A DNA stretch of 63,736 bases, filler included, from Candidatus Fermentibacterota bacterium (lineage in GTDB: Bacteria > JAFGKV01): assembly GCA_016928395.1 (NCBI GenBank). It is 10 parts of 10 records of this genome, joined end to end, with 100 filler letters (N's around TTAATTAATTAA, not from the genome) between each part and the next. Parts side by side here need not be neighbours in the genome. Positions count along the whole stretch, not along the records: positions 24,570 to 38,540 come from JAFGKV010000306.1; positions 38,641 to 42,370 come from JAFGKV010000307.1; 8 more parts are not named here. The stretch is one strand, 5' to 3'. A program made the position numbers and the translations under genes. The notes below the pieces were generated by a model. The model made no database searches. It saw nothing but the letters and a program-made list of their open reading frames with translations, and was not told where the DNA came from. This document shows, piece by piece, positions 32,831 to 42,470 of the stretch. Each line of letters opens with the position of its first letter. Position 1 is the stretch's first letter.

Positions 32831-34558
32831 TCATCGGGTGTCATTGCCGCTTTCCGGGAGGCCGTCTGCCCTTCCCCCGTCCCTGCCATCCATCCACCGC
32901 TTTACATGGCGTGAAAGCGCATCCAACGGCACGGCCCCGGTGCTTAGGACCGTGTCGTGGAAGGCTCGAAGGTCGAAACTGGAGCCGAGCGTCTCCTCGG
33001 CCTGCTGCCTCAACTCCCTCATGGTGATCTCACCGATGGCATACGATAGGGCCTGGCCTGGCCAGGCGATGTACCGGTCGACTTCGTTGGTGATATCGAG
33101 TTCCGATTTGGGGGTGTGGTCGCGGAGAAAACTGATCCCCTGCGTCCGCGTCCACCGCTTCCAGTGAATGCCGGTGTCGATGACCAGGCGGGCGGCCCGC
33201 CACATGGCGAAGCTGAGCCGGCCGAACCGATCGTAGGGATCCTCGTACAGCCCCATCTCCTCACCCAGGCGCTCGGCGTAGAGCGCCCAGCCTTCGGTGT
33301 AGGCATGGTAGGCCAGATGGCGTCGGAATCTCGGGAGATTGCCCTCCATGGCCAAAGAGATCTGCAGATGGTGGCCGGGTACCGCCTCGTGGAGCGAAAG
33401 AGGCACCATCTCGTACCGCGGCCTGGTTTCGGGACGATACACGTTGACGTAGTAGGTGCCGGCCCGCGAGCCGTCGGTCGCAGGGCGACTGTAGTACGCG
33501 GTCGTGGTGTCGGGCGCGATAGTGTCGGGAATCGGCTCGACGCCGTAGGGCATACGCGGCAACACGCCGAACAGCTTCACCAGGCACGGGTCGATGCGTT
33601 TGCAGAGAGAGCGATACCCGGCCAGAAGCTCCTCAGGACAGGCATAGTAGAATCGCGGATCGGTCCGGAGGAAGGCGAAGAACCCCCCGAGGCTGCCCGT
33701 GAAGCCCGTCTGGCGCATCACCTCGTGCATCTGGGCCTTGATCCTGGCGACCTCGGCCAGGCCGATGTCGTGCACCTCGTCGGGAGAGAGATCCCGCGTC
33801 GTATGCTCACGCACCAGGAAGCGATAGGTCTCGTTGCCGTCGGGCATCTGCCAGATGCCGACCTCGGAGAAGCAGCCGGGAAGATACTCTTCCACGAAGA
33901 ACTCCCGGAAGCGGGCGAAGGCAGGAACGATGCCGGTTTCAATTGCGGCCCTGGCCTCGGAGGCCAGGTTCTCCCGATGTTCAGCGGCGATACACTCCGG
34001 GAGGGTATTGAAGGGCCGGAAAAAGGGGCTCTCCGTGGGATTCACGACGATCTGCGCATCCAGCTGGCGGGGTACCCGCTCCATGATCACCCGCGGATGC
34101 ACGATCCGGCGGCGGACCCCTTCGGCCAGCAACTCCTGCGCCTGCGCGAGATAGGCGGGGACGGCGCGCACACGGCCGATCCAGTCCTCGAAGTCCTTCA
34201 CCGTCTCGAAGCGCAGATACGATCCCAGTTCATCCGCGGTCTGGGGGCCGTGTCTCTGATTCAAGACAAGGCAGTGGAGCCCGCGCCGATGCTCCTCGGC
34301 ATCGTTGGCGTAGTGCAGCCGCAGTAGGTCCCGATTCAGCAGGTCCTCCGCGCTGAGGGATGCGGAGTCGAAGGAGTCGAGTTCCCTGATCACCGCCTCG
34401 ATGCGGGCGTTCCAGGCTTCGATGGCCTCCGGTCTCAGATCGTCCCACCGGTCATTGAACCGCCGGTCACCGAGACTGGATGCCCAGGTCGGATACCGGG
34501 CCATCCACGCCTCCCACTCCCGCTCAAACAGGCCGTGCAGTCGTTGTGTCTCGTTCAT
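32831..34558 (-). CDS. DUF885 family protein (putative metallopeptidase)
   Basis: LHEAVPGHHLQ, YTEGWALYAE, WRAARLVIDTGIH, EVDRYIAWPGQA; GAGGAGG RBS. Confidence 0.92.
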   Translation of the reverse strand: MNETQRLHGLFEREWEAWMARYPTWASSLGDRRFNDRWDDLRPEAIEAWNARIEAVIRELDSFDSASLSAEDLLNRDLLRLHYANDAEEHRRGLHCLVLNQRHGPQTADELGSYLRFETVKDFEDWIGRVRAVPAYLAQAQELLAEGVRRRIVHPRVIMERVPRQLDAQIVVNPTESPFFRPFNTLPECIAAEHRENLASEARAAIETGIVPAFARFREFFVEEYLPGCFSEVGIWQMPDGNETYRFLVREHTTRDLSPDEVHDIGLAEVARIKAQMHEVMRQTGFTGSLGGFFAFLRTDPRFYYACPEELLAGYRSLCKRIDPCLVKLFGVLPRMPYGVEPIPDTIAPDTTTAYYSRPATDGSRAGTYYVNVYRPETRPRYEMVPLSLHEAVPGHHLQISLAMEGNLPRFRRHLAYHAYTEGWALYAERLGEEMGLYEDPYDRFGRLSFAMWRAARLVIDTGIHWKRWTRTQGISFLRDHTPKSELDITNEVDRYIAWPGQALSYAIGEITMRELRQQAEETLGSSFDLRAFHDTVLSTGAVPLDALSRHVKRWMDGRDGGRADGLPESGNDTR

Positions 34559-34642
34559 ACGACACCTCCTCACCGGGAACTCGCACTCTCAGTGCCGGCC
34601 TCCTCAACCCTGCGCCGTAAGAGAAACTGCTTCACCGCTCCG

Positions 34643-35155
34643 CTAGGGAGGCAGCATTACCTCAGGAGGGTCTCGGTCGGACGGGACAACCCGCCACTCC
34701 TGAGCGGTGGCATCGAATTCGGCGATGCGAGCGAGGGGGAGCTTCATATAGGTACCCGCCCCGGTGACGGCAACCGTACCGTCGGGCAGGAGGATCTCGC
34801 CTGTCCCCTTGAACAGGCGGCCGCTTTCAGAGGTGATTCTCCCCACGATTCTCAGTTCGACGCCCAGTGGAATGCCCCTCTTGAGCCTCGCCGAGAACTC
34901 CACCGTCACTCCCCAGATCTCCTCGTCACTATGAATCATGATGGCGCGGCCGATGGTCTCATCGAGGATTCCCATGGCGATGCCGCCGTGAAGACGGCCC
35001 GGATAGCCCTGATGCTCCTCGTGGGGGGTGAAAAGCGCCAGAAGTTCATGGTTGTCCAGCTCATAGAACGCGGCCTTGAGGCCGTGGGCGTTCTTGAGCC
35101 CGCATACGAGGCACATCTTGGAGTTCGGCTGCTTCTTCACCACGCGATGCTGCAT
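34643..35155 (-). CDS. PaaI/hotdog-fold thioesterase
   Basis: CLVCGLKNAHGL, HQGYPGRLHGGI...LDE. Confidence 0.88.
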   Translation of the reverse strand: MQHRVVKKQPNSKMCLVCGLKNAHGLKAAFYELDNHELLALFTPHEEHQGYPGRLHGGIAMGILDETIGRAIMIHSDEEIWGVTVEFSARLKRGIPLGVELRIVGRITSESGRLFKGTGEILLPDGTVAVTGAGTYMKLPLARIAEFDATAQEWRVVPSDRDPPEVMLPP

Positions 35156-35308
35156 CGTCCCTCTTCCTTCCCGGTTCAGGCCGGCGAGACACCTTCTTGA
35201 ATGCGCCAGAAGAAGGCGAACGCGAAGGTGTAAGGCCAGCTCGACGGCGGGTTTCATGCCGATACCCGGCGCCGCTCGAGCGGCTCCTTCCGATCTCCGG
35301 GGGCCGCC

Positions 35309-35926
35309 TTACAGCGCCGCGAACTGCTGCGCGGCTTTCGACCAGGGCGTCGCGGAAGCCAGGGCACCCGGAACATCCTCGGGCTCCGCGATAACCTGCC
35401 ACATGGCCTCATGGCGCGGATCCATGAATCGCTCCGCGATCGCCAATGAAAGAAGCCGAAGAAGAGGCGCGAAGAACCCTCGTGTATTCACCAAGATGAT
35501 GGGATAGACGAACAGGCCCAGACGCTTCAGCGTGATCGCCTCAAACAACTCCTCCATTGTGCCGCATCCCCCGGGCAAGGCAATCACGCCGTGGCTGCCC
35601 TGTAGCATCTTTTCCTTGCGCTGCCGCATGTCATCCACCAGATGAAGCTCTGAAAGCCCCTTGTGCCCCCACTCCAGCTCCTGCATGAACCGGGGCAGCA
35701 CGCCGATGACCCTTCCGCCACGGGCCAAGGCCCCCTCGGCCAGTGCGCCCATAGAGCCGATGGCGCTGCCGCCATACACGATGGTGATGCCAGCCTCCGC
35801 CAGCACCTGCCCCAACCGACGGGCTGCGTCGTGATACGCAGAGGCACACTGGCGGCTGGATGCGCAGAAGACCGTCACGGTCGTTTCCGCAGCGTGCACG
35901 TCGTACCCACTCTGAGCCTCACCCAT
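35309..35926 (-). CDS. LOG family (TIGR00730-like) nucleotide phosphoribohydrolase
   Basis: VFCASS, VYGG..GSMG, RK, PGGCGTMEE. Confidence 0.92.
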   Translation of the reverse strand: MGEAQSGYDVHAAETTVTVFCASSRQCASAYHDAARRLGQVLAEAGITIVYGGSAIGSMGALAEGALARGGRVIGVLPRFMQELEWGHKGLSELHLVDDMRQRKEKMLQGSHGVIALPGGCGTMEELFEAITLKRLGLFVYPIILVNTRGFFAPLLRLLSLAIAERFMDPRHEAMWQVIAEPEDVPGALASATPWSKAAQQFAAL

Positions 35927-36341
35927 CGATGCTGTCTCCCCGAGCAGACGGGCGATCCCTGTCTTCGGCAACCGCGGGAGAGAGGCCCTCCGGCGGCGAT
36001 GACGAATGGAGCTCCAACACATTGCCGTTGGGATCGGCGAATCTAGCGCAAAACCCCGCGCCCGCGCCCAGGGAGTAGGGAGCCCTCAGCACCCGTCCTC
36101 CTTGCGCAACAACGGTTTTTAGCACCGAGACCATGTGGGGAACGGTAATGGAGAACCCGATGCCGCCGCTGCAGACCGCCAGGTCCCTATCCAGCCCACC
36201 GCTCAGATTCCCTGCTTTGAACACCCAGAATCGTTCGCTGAACTGCCGGATGGAGAATCCGAAGACCTGACCGTAGAAGGACGCGGCCGCCGCCAGGTCA
36301 GGCGCGGGGATGGTGATGAACTCGATCCGGCATGGTTCCAT
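35919..36341 (-). CDS. VOC/glyoxalase family protein
   Basis: IPAPDLAAAASFYGQVFG, ARFADPNGNVLEL. Confidence 0.88.
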   Translation of the reverse strand: MEPCRIEFITIPAPDLAAAASFYGQVFGFSIRQFSERFWVFKAGNLSGGLDRDLAVCSGGIGFSITVPHMVSVLKTVVAQGGRVLRAPYSLGAGAGFCARFADPNGNVLELHSSSPPEGLSPAVAEDRDRPSARGDSIDG

Positions 36342-36627
36342 TGAGAAAACAGTCCTTTCACCGCTGCGACACGACCAAGAGCGCCTTCGCTCAATGGTAC
36401 GAATCTTTGTGTGGCCGGGCAACTGTTTGAGGCCACAAAGAGACGCCGGAGGGGACTATTCTCATGTTAGAATAGTGTGGCTGGAGGCCTCTGGGGAGCC
36501 TGTCTCGTCAACCGATTCCTCCCCTGCGTGCCCGGCCACCGGTGTCTCGGCACGCAGCCTGACCTCACTCTGTCAGACGCTCCTCATGGCCTGCTGCAGT
36601 GAATGACAAGAGGGGGTGGCCCCCCCG

Positions 36628-38540
36628 TCACACCCAACGATGGATCCAGGCTCGCAGGCCTCCTGAAGCCTTGACGATGATGAGGGGTCTGTCGCACAGC
36701 CGGGCCACCTTGTCAGGCAGAGACCGGCGCGTGACGAGCCGGAGCAGCGGTTCCCGGGTTGCGCCGATCACCACGAGATCAGCGCGGGCGGATTCCTTCA
36801 GAATGGCTCCCAGCACATTCCTCGTCACCACCGAGCGGGTCGTGATGGGAACCCGGAGTGGTGATGTCCCTGCGATGAACTGGGTCACATACTCGTCGAT
36901 ATCAAGCTGCCTGCCGTCGGTCATGGCTGTGAATGCGACAATCTCCCCCCCGTCCTCCACGAGAATGGCGGCAACCTCCAGGGCAAACCGGCTATTGGGA
37001 CCACCGGCCACGGGCACCAGAACCCTGTTGAAATGCTTGTTACCACAGTCTTTCATGATCACCACGCTGCATGGGGCGCTCTCGATGATCGGATCAAGAG
37101 TGCTTCCTAGGCGAAACAGCCGGCCCCGCCGCGTGCCGTGCCACCCCAGAATCAACAGGTCCGCATGGCGCTCACGCACTCTGGAGACGATGGCGCGCGC
37201 CACGCTGCGGCAATACAGGATGGTGGTGCTCACGGAGAATGATGCGTCCAGGTAGAGCATCATCTCCTCAATGGCGCCTTTGCCCTCACGCATATAGCGC
37301 GCAGCATTGGAGAGGGGGATGAGCTTCGGTACGGGCACGATATGAAGCAGTTCGATCTGGCCGTTCTTTGCCTGGCAGATCTTGTACGTGGCGTGCTCCA
37401 GGCCCAGGGCATCCTTGGGATTGGCCACGGGGACCACGATGCGGTAGTGGTCCCCGGCGAGTTCTTCCCGTGTCTCCTCCAAGACCACGATTTCGTCGTC
37501 GGAGGCCGTCGCGTGATGCCTGGCGTATCGCCGATACACGAGCAGGCCGCCCAGTATCCACACGGGCGCGATGATCCATGCGATGAGACTCATGTGCACG
37601 AGCCAGATAGCCAGAGCCGCTTGACACACGATTGCCAGGAGGGGGGGCACAGGGAAGAACGGCATGACAAAGCCGTAGGAGAGCTCATCGCCCATGTTCA
37701 TCCGTATTCGAATGACACACAGGTTCACAAGGAAGAAGAGAAACAGGAACATGATGCTGGCCGAGGAGGCCACATCCATGGTTGGAAGCGCCACGGCCAC
37801 CACGATGACGATGAGACCCGTGACCAGAAGCGCACCCCAGGGGGTCTTTCGCTTTGAGGAGATGGCCGCAAAGAGACCGGGGAGCATGCGGTCGCGTCCC
37901 AAGGCATAGGCAGCCCGCGTCGCCGAGTAGACGGTCGCGTTGAGCGCCGAGGTCGAGGCAAAGATGACGGCCAGGGTTAGCAGGAAATTGGCGCCGGGCA
38001 TGAGATGTGCGATGGCCTCACCGAAGCCGCGCTCCCGATGGCTTCCGATCCACTCCCAGGGCGCACCGCTCACCCCTGGCGAGCCCTGCTTGACCGCCAC
38101 CACAGCGGCGAAGGCCACCGACACATAGGTAAGGGTTACGATGAGCACCGAGTAGAGCATGGCCTTGGGGAGGTTTCTGCGTGGCTCGATGGCCTCGTCT
38201 CCAGCCTGGGCGATGACCTCGAATCCCTCGAAGGCAACGTAGGTGAACCCCATGGTCAGCAGAAGCCGCACCCAGCCATGCGGCATGAACGGTTCAAAGT
38301 TCCGGAGGCGCGAAGGGTCGCGGATGGCGACGATCACCCCGATGACCCCGATCACGATCAGAAAGCCTGTCTGTCCCAACGTGAAGAACGCTCCGACGCG
38401 CCCAGTCTCGCCCGCGCCCCGATAGTTGATGGCCAGGAAGAACAGAGCGACCAGCACCGCGGTGAGCTTGATGGCGGGGATGGAGTAACCGCCGAACGAG
38501 TCCAAGAGGCCCAGCTGCGCGAGATAGCGCACGGTGTAGA
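36628..38540 (-). CDS. APC-family amino-acid permease fused to two universal stress protein domains (5' truncated by gap)
   Basis: Multiple TM helices with AFEGFEVIAQ, SALNAT, RDRMLP; C-terminal IVVPVANP...ADLLILGW and VLVPVAGGPNS...ADLVVIGA. Confidence 0.9.
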
Positions 38541-38962
38541 NNNNNNNNNNNNNNNNNNNNNNNNNNNNNNNNNNNNNNNNNNNNTTAATTAATTAANNNN
38601 NNNNNNNNNNNNNNNNNNNNNNNNNNNNNNNNNNNNNNNNCTCCAGGTTCTCGAAGGAATCCGCATCCACGCGCGGGGGGCCGGCAGTTTCGCTATTCAT
38701 GAGGAGCGTCCATCGGGGTCACCCATTGCTCTTTTGATTGTGAGACCGGATTCCACCTTCGCCAGGCGTTGCCGAGCACCTTCGTTTCTTCCGAGCGCTT
38801 GCGCACAGACGTCCTACCCCTGTTGTCATACTCGACGTGTCCCGACCGAGCACCGGTGCTCTCTCCGTGAGCGTGATACGCCGTCCTCCCTGCACCCACC
38901 CATGCCACTACCGATCGTGCCTCCGGTGCGCGCCTCCCCCTTCGAGCTGTCGCTAATGGCAC

Positions 38963-39733
38963 TCAACCATCGGAATACTGTGCGTCCCCAAGCCTAAGCA
39001 GGAACCCTCTGAAACTGTCGAGCCGATAGGGAAGCTCGCTCCGGACACAGAATGCAGCCACAATCCTGGCCGTTGAGTTATCGACGACCACGATTGTCGG
39101 CGATTGCTGGATACCCAAGGATGAGAACAGAACCTCCCCGTGGCCCTCAGCAACGACGAAGGACCTGTAGCTATGGTCTGCGGCACGCATCAGCTTGAGG
39201 AAGTACGGGCTCTGGGTCTCGCTCACGAGAGAGAACACATCAATGGACGGGTGACCTGCACTCGAGATCTCCGAAAGGAGGACGACTTCCTCCGCAATGC
39301 ACGAGGTGCAGCCGATGATGGGCACTACGAGAACCACACTGTAGGGCTTGTTGGAGCGGCGCATGCGCAGCCTGGCCCCGGATCTGTGCTCGCGGAGGTC
39401 CATCCCCTCCAGAAACTCCACGCTTCGGCCCAGAGGCCCTTGTTCGGCCTGTGCGGCAGAACGTTCTGCTTCAAGCACGATTCCGAGGGTTGTTGTCCTT
39501 CCTCGGCACTCACGCAGTTCTCGCTTGGACTGAAGACACACTCTTGCCAGCCCCGCATTCAGGATCACCAAGCCAACTAGAAGAACTGATACGATCACGA
39601 TCCCAGTCACATGACGAATGCGCCGGACACCCTTTGTGGACGCTGTTGCACTGGCTGGCGGGCCTGCACCCGCTTTGTCGCTCTGCCCTTGGTCGGCCTG
39701 TGCGGACAGTCTTCGTTCGCGATCCTCTCTCAT
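38963..39733 (-). CDS. Membrane-anchored thioredoxin-fold protein (CxxC)
   Basis: One TM helix; beta strand-GCTSC-helix; late LGIQQSPTIVVVD cis-Pro-like motif; ATG overlaps upstream stop (ATGA). Confidence 0.72.
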   Translation of the reverse strand: MREDRERRLSAQADQGQSDKAGAGPPASATASTKGVRRIRHVTGIVIVSVLLVGLVILNAGLARVCLQSKRELRECRGRTTTLGIVLEAERSAAQAEQGPLGRSVEFLEGMDLREHRSGARLRMRRSNKPYSVVLVVPIIGCTSCIAEEVVLLSEISSAGHPSIDVFSLVSETQSPYFLKLMRAADHSYRSFVVAEGHGEVLFSSLGIQQSPTIVVVDNSTARIVAAFCVRSELPYRLDSFRGFLLRLGDAQYSDG

Positions 39734-40857
39734 TGTGCCATCCTGTAGAGGTAGAGGATCGCCAGGGTCGAGTCGGAGGCACACACCTCAGGGCTCGATG
39801 TGTCTGCCGCGATCAACACATCTTCACTCGATGCCACGATTCTTTGCCACTTGGCGCAGAATCGCATCTGCTCCTTCAGGAGGTCACCCCAGGCGTCATA
39901 CACGTCGAAGTGCTGACAGCCATCATAGACGAAATGTCCCACGAGCATGAGACGTCCAAACCGCAGAATCCTCTGAATGGTCTGCCGATCTCTCATCAGT
40001 TCGAGCGTCTGGCGGATTCCGCCGGAGGCTGCTTGCTTCAGCAGGTCAGCGTTGGGCACGAAGTCCTTGTCGAGAAGATGCTGCCCCGTTTCCCCGACGA
40101 ACCGTCCCTCCGTGGTGAAGATGCCAATAGTGGGCCGCCAAATGCCCCCCACCCAGACCGTCCCGAGGGGTGAGAACGCAATGTCCCCACCTCCAACTGC
40201 AGCCTGTTGCGCCCCCGGTTCATCGTCGAAGAACTCACCCGCAATGTGGAAATCACGGGTGACTTTCACTACTCGCTTCCCGCCTCTCACCGGCACATAG
40301 AGGAAGTACCCACCAGAAGCGGGAAGAAGACGAACCGCGGCGAGAATGCGGTCGAACGTGCTCGCGGGGATCATCCGGCTAAACGCAAACGAGGATGTGT
40401 AGATGTTGTAGTTGGGTGGATTGAGGTTCTCGACCACGATCTCGCCTCGCGAGTTCATGGCGATTGCCCTTGGCTGGAAATACTCGCCGGGGCCTTCTCC
40501 ATGCCGCCCGATCATTGTCATGAAGTCCCCATCTTCCGCGAAGACTAGAACACGTTTCGCCACCCAGATGTCGAGGACGAGAAAGCCGGCTCCATACATG
40601 ACGACATCGTCGACGTCTCCAAGCAGAGCATCGGGCCCGCCCTTTCTGAGCTCCACTCGTCTCTCGAGGACCAACGACTCATCCAGTGACCCGCAGTCTC
40701 TGATGACGGTGGCTGCTCGCTCATCGTCCGGTCCCGGGCGTGGCCTCTCGTCCTGCATTCGCTGACAGCCCAGCAACAAGACCGCTACGAGCGACGTCAA
40801 GACGAGGAATAGGCCTGCCCCTGGCGAAGTGGCGATCCTCTCTCCTTGCTTCATCAT
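39730..40857 (-). CDS. 6-bladed beta-propeller (NHL-like) lipoprotein
   Basis: Lipobox LLLGC; VLVFAEDGDFMTMIGRHGEGPGEYFQP signature; GGAGG upstream. Confidence 0.85.
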   Translation of the reverse strand: MMKQGERIATSPGAGLFLVLTSLVAVLLLGCQRMQDERPRPGPDDERAATVIRDCGSLDESLVLERRVELRKGGPDALLGDVDDVVMYGAGFLVLDIWVAKRVLVFAEDGDFMTMIGRHGEGPGEYFQPRAIAMNSRGEIVVENLNPPNYNIYTSSFAFSRMIPASTFDRILAAVRLLPASGGYFLYVPVRGGKRVVKVTRDFHIAGEFFDDEPGAQQAAVGGGDIAFSPLGTVWVGGIWRPTIGIFTTEGRFVGETGQHLLDKDFVPNADLLKQAASGGIRQTLELMRDRQTIQRILRFGRLMLVGHFVYDGCQHFDVYDAWGDLLKEQMRFCAKWQRIVASSEDVLIAADTSSPEVCASDSTLAILYLYRMAQ

Positions 40858-40896
40858 CCGGATCCATACCTCCCTATGGCGATGCCAGGGCTGGAT

Positions 40897-40934
40897 CCGC
40901 CCATCGCGCTGGACGCAGTCAGTGCGATGGGCGG
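40897..40934. promoter_or_regulatory. Strong intergenic stem-loop between the peptide and propeller genes
   Basis: CCGCCCATCGC/GCGATGGGCGG 11-bp perfect arms, 14 of 15 when extended. Confidence 0.6.
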
Positions 40935-41087
40935 CCAGGTGTGTACCAGATAGCATGTTCCGAGTAATGATGGGCGATCACTTCGCTGGCACTTGTTTCA
41001 TACTTGGCTGTGCCACCGGCCGAGCCTCAACCCGGCCTACTGCGAGGCTTCACGGCATGCCAGACGAGAACGATCCTGCAGTTTCCG

Positions 41088-41360
41088 TCAGCCGCACAGG
41101 GTAGCCGAACAGGAGTTGCTGCCGGCTTCGCAGACAATCTTGTACCCGTCTTTGATGTTCCCCATGATGTCTGTGTAGGTGCATGTGACCACTAGGGGCT
41201 GCCAGGCACCCGTCGGACTCGTTGCGTCACCTGCTTGGCTTCCACCCATCAGTTCTTTAACCCAGTCGATTAGGTCCTGCAAGGTAGTAGCAGATACGGG
41301 AGCAGCCAGGAGCGATAGCGTGAGTATTGCCACCGGCAAGGAAAGAGCTAAGCGTCTCAT
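41088..41360 (-). CDS. Small secreted cysteine-rich peptide (90 aa)
   Basis: AAGGAGG RBS; Sec signal ending VSA; C-terminal C-x16-C-x6-C-x4-C-G. Confidence 0.8.
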   Translation of the reverse strand: MRRLALSLPVAILTLSLLAAPVSATTLQDLIDWVKELMGGSQAGDATSPTGAWQPLVVTCTYTDIMGNIKDGYKIVCEAGSNSCSATLCG

Positions 41361-41509
41361 TCTACCCTCCTTCATTCGTGAGCATGCAGCGGCAAGCTCA
41401 GGGCAAGGAACTTTCGGTCGGTCGGTCGATGCCAACCACCGACGGGTCGGGAGACTCCTCTTCCAGAGGAACAAGCCTTCAGAGCGCAAGCATGTGCATC
41501 ACCTCCGAT

Positions 41510-41809
41510 CTACTCGATAAGCCAATCCTGCGAGCCAACCACATCAATCCCAGAAACCAGATGCGCACACGAGCCGCATCCGCTGCGGTCGAGTGATTCG
41601 TAGACCGGGCCGACGGTAACGGTGTCGCGCAGGACCTTCAAGTACCTCAGATCCCCCCACAGGGTCTCGGGCTCAAAGGAGAAGCCTTCGTCCAAACGGC
41701 TGGTGGCCCCGGCGGCGAGATCGTTCAGATCCGGGGCAGGCTCGGCTGCCCGGAGTGGCGCGAGGCCACCGCACAGACTGCAGAAGAGCAGCAGGAGGGA
41801 TACCATCAT
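41510..41809 (-). CDS. Short signal-peptide-bearing protein or 5' gene remnant
   Basis: GGAGG RBS; hydrophobic N-terminus; 99 aa; no recognisable domain. Confidence 0.45.
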   Translation of the reverse strand: MMVSLLLLFCSLCGGLAPLRAAEPAPDLNDLAAGATSRLDEGFSFEPETLWGDLRYLKVLRDTVTVGPVYESLDRSGCGSCAHLVSGIDVVGSQDWLIE

Positions 41810-41867
41810 TCATGCCTCCTGCGTCTGCGGGGTGTGGATCATGGTGATGGCGCGGGGGGATGGGGCG

Positions 41868-41936
41868 TCGAAATCGATATCGGAATCGACATCGGTCGCT
41901 CGGCTCCATAGCGATACCGACTCCGATTGCGATAGC
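41868..41936. repeat. Inverted hexamer-repeat hairpin (ATCGRN / CGATAC family)
   Basis: TCGAAATCGATATCGGAATCGACATCGG paired with CGATACCGACTCCGATTGCGATAGC; related arms near 45418, 47700, 54760, 54922. Confidence 0.65.
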
Positions 41937-42179
41937 AGGAACGATTGGAAACGCAGAACGCCGTGCCGCCCCATGGGAAATGGTCTACGCAGTAGAGATG
42001 GAGACGATACCGCCTGAAAGGAGGGACGGGAGCGACGGTGTTCTAGCGGGGGGGGGGGACGACTGAGCGCATCCCCGCGCATGCTGCAATCACGATGCCG
42101 TCGTGTGTTTCGAATACCGCTCCCATTTTGGCCTCCTGGGATCCACAACTCATGGACTATGGATCACTAACCAGCCGGC

Positions 42180-42208
42180 CTTATACAAGGGGTCAGGCCA
42201 TTTGTCAA
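42180..42208 (-). promoter_or_regulatory. Near-consensus sigma70 promoter facing the peptide cassette
   Basis: Minus strand TTGACA-17 nt-TATAAG. Confidence 0.7.
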
Positions 42209-42470
42209 GGGCAATCTTCGCCCCGCCGGGGAGGCGGCGCTGTCAGCCCTACGCGACCCGTCGGCTTGATGAACCTTGCCTGCGGTGGGCGCGGTGCTAC
42301 TTTTCGCGCTTCGCTGTTCGTGTCAGCCCCAGGAGGCTGCAGGCCGTGGAGGCATCCTGCGTGGAGGGGCNNNNNNNNNNNNNNNNNNNNNNNNNNNNNN
42401 NNNNNNNNNNNNNNTTAATTAATTAANNNNNNNNNNNNNNNNNNNNNNNNNNNNNNNNNNNNNNNNNNNN

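Noticed and set aside
38641-38962. Possible minus-strand gene start at 38700 or the 89-aa ORF 38693-38962
   Set aside because: No clear RBS or recognisable motif, and truncated by the gap; unsupported.
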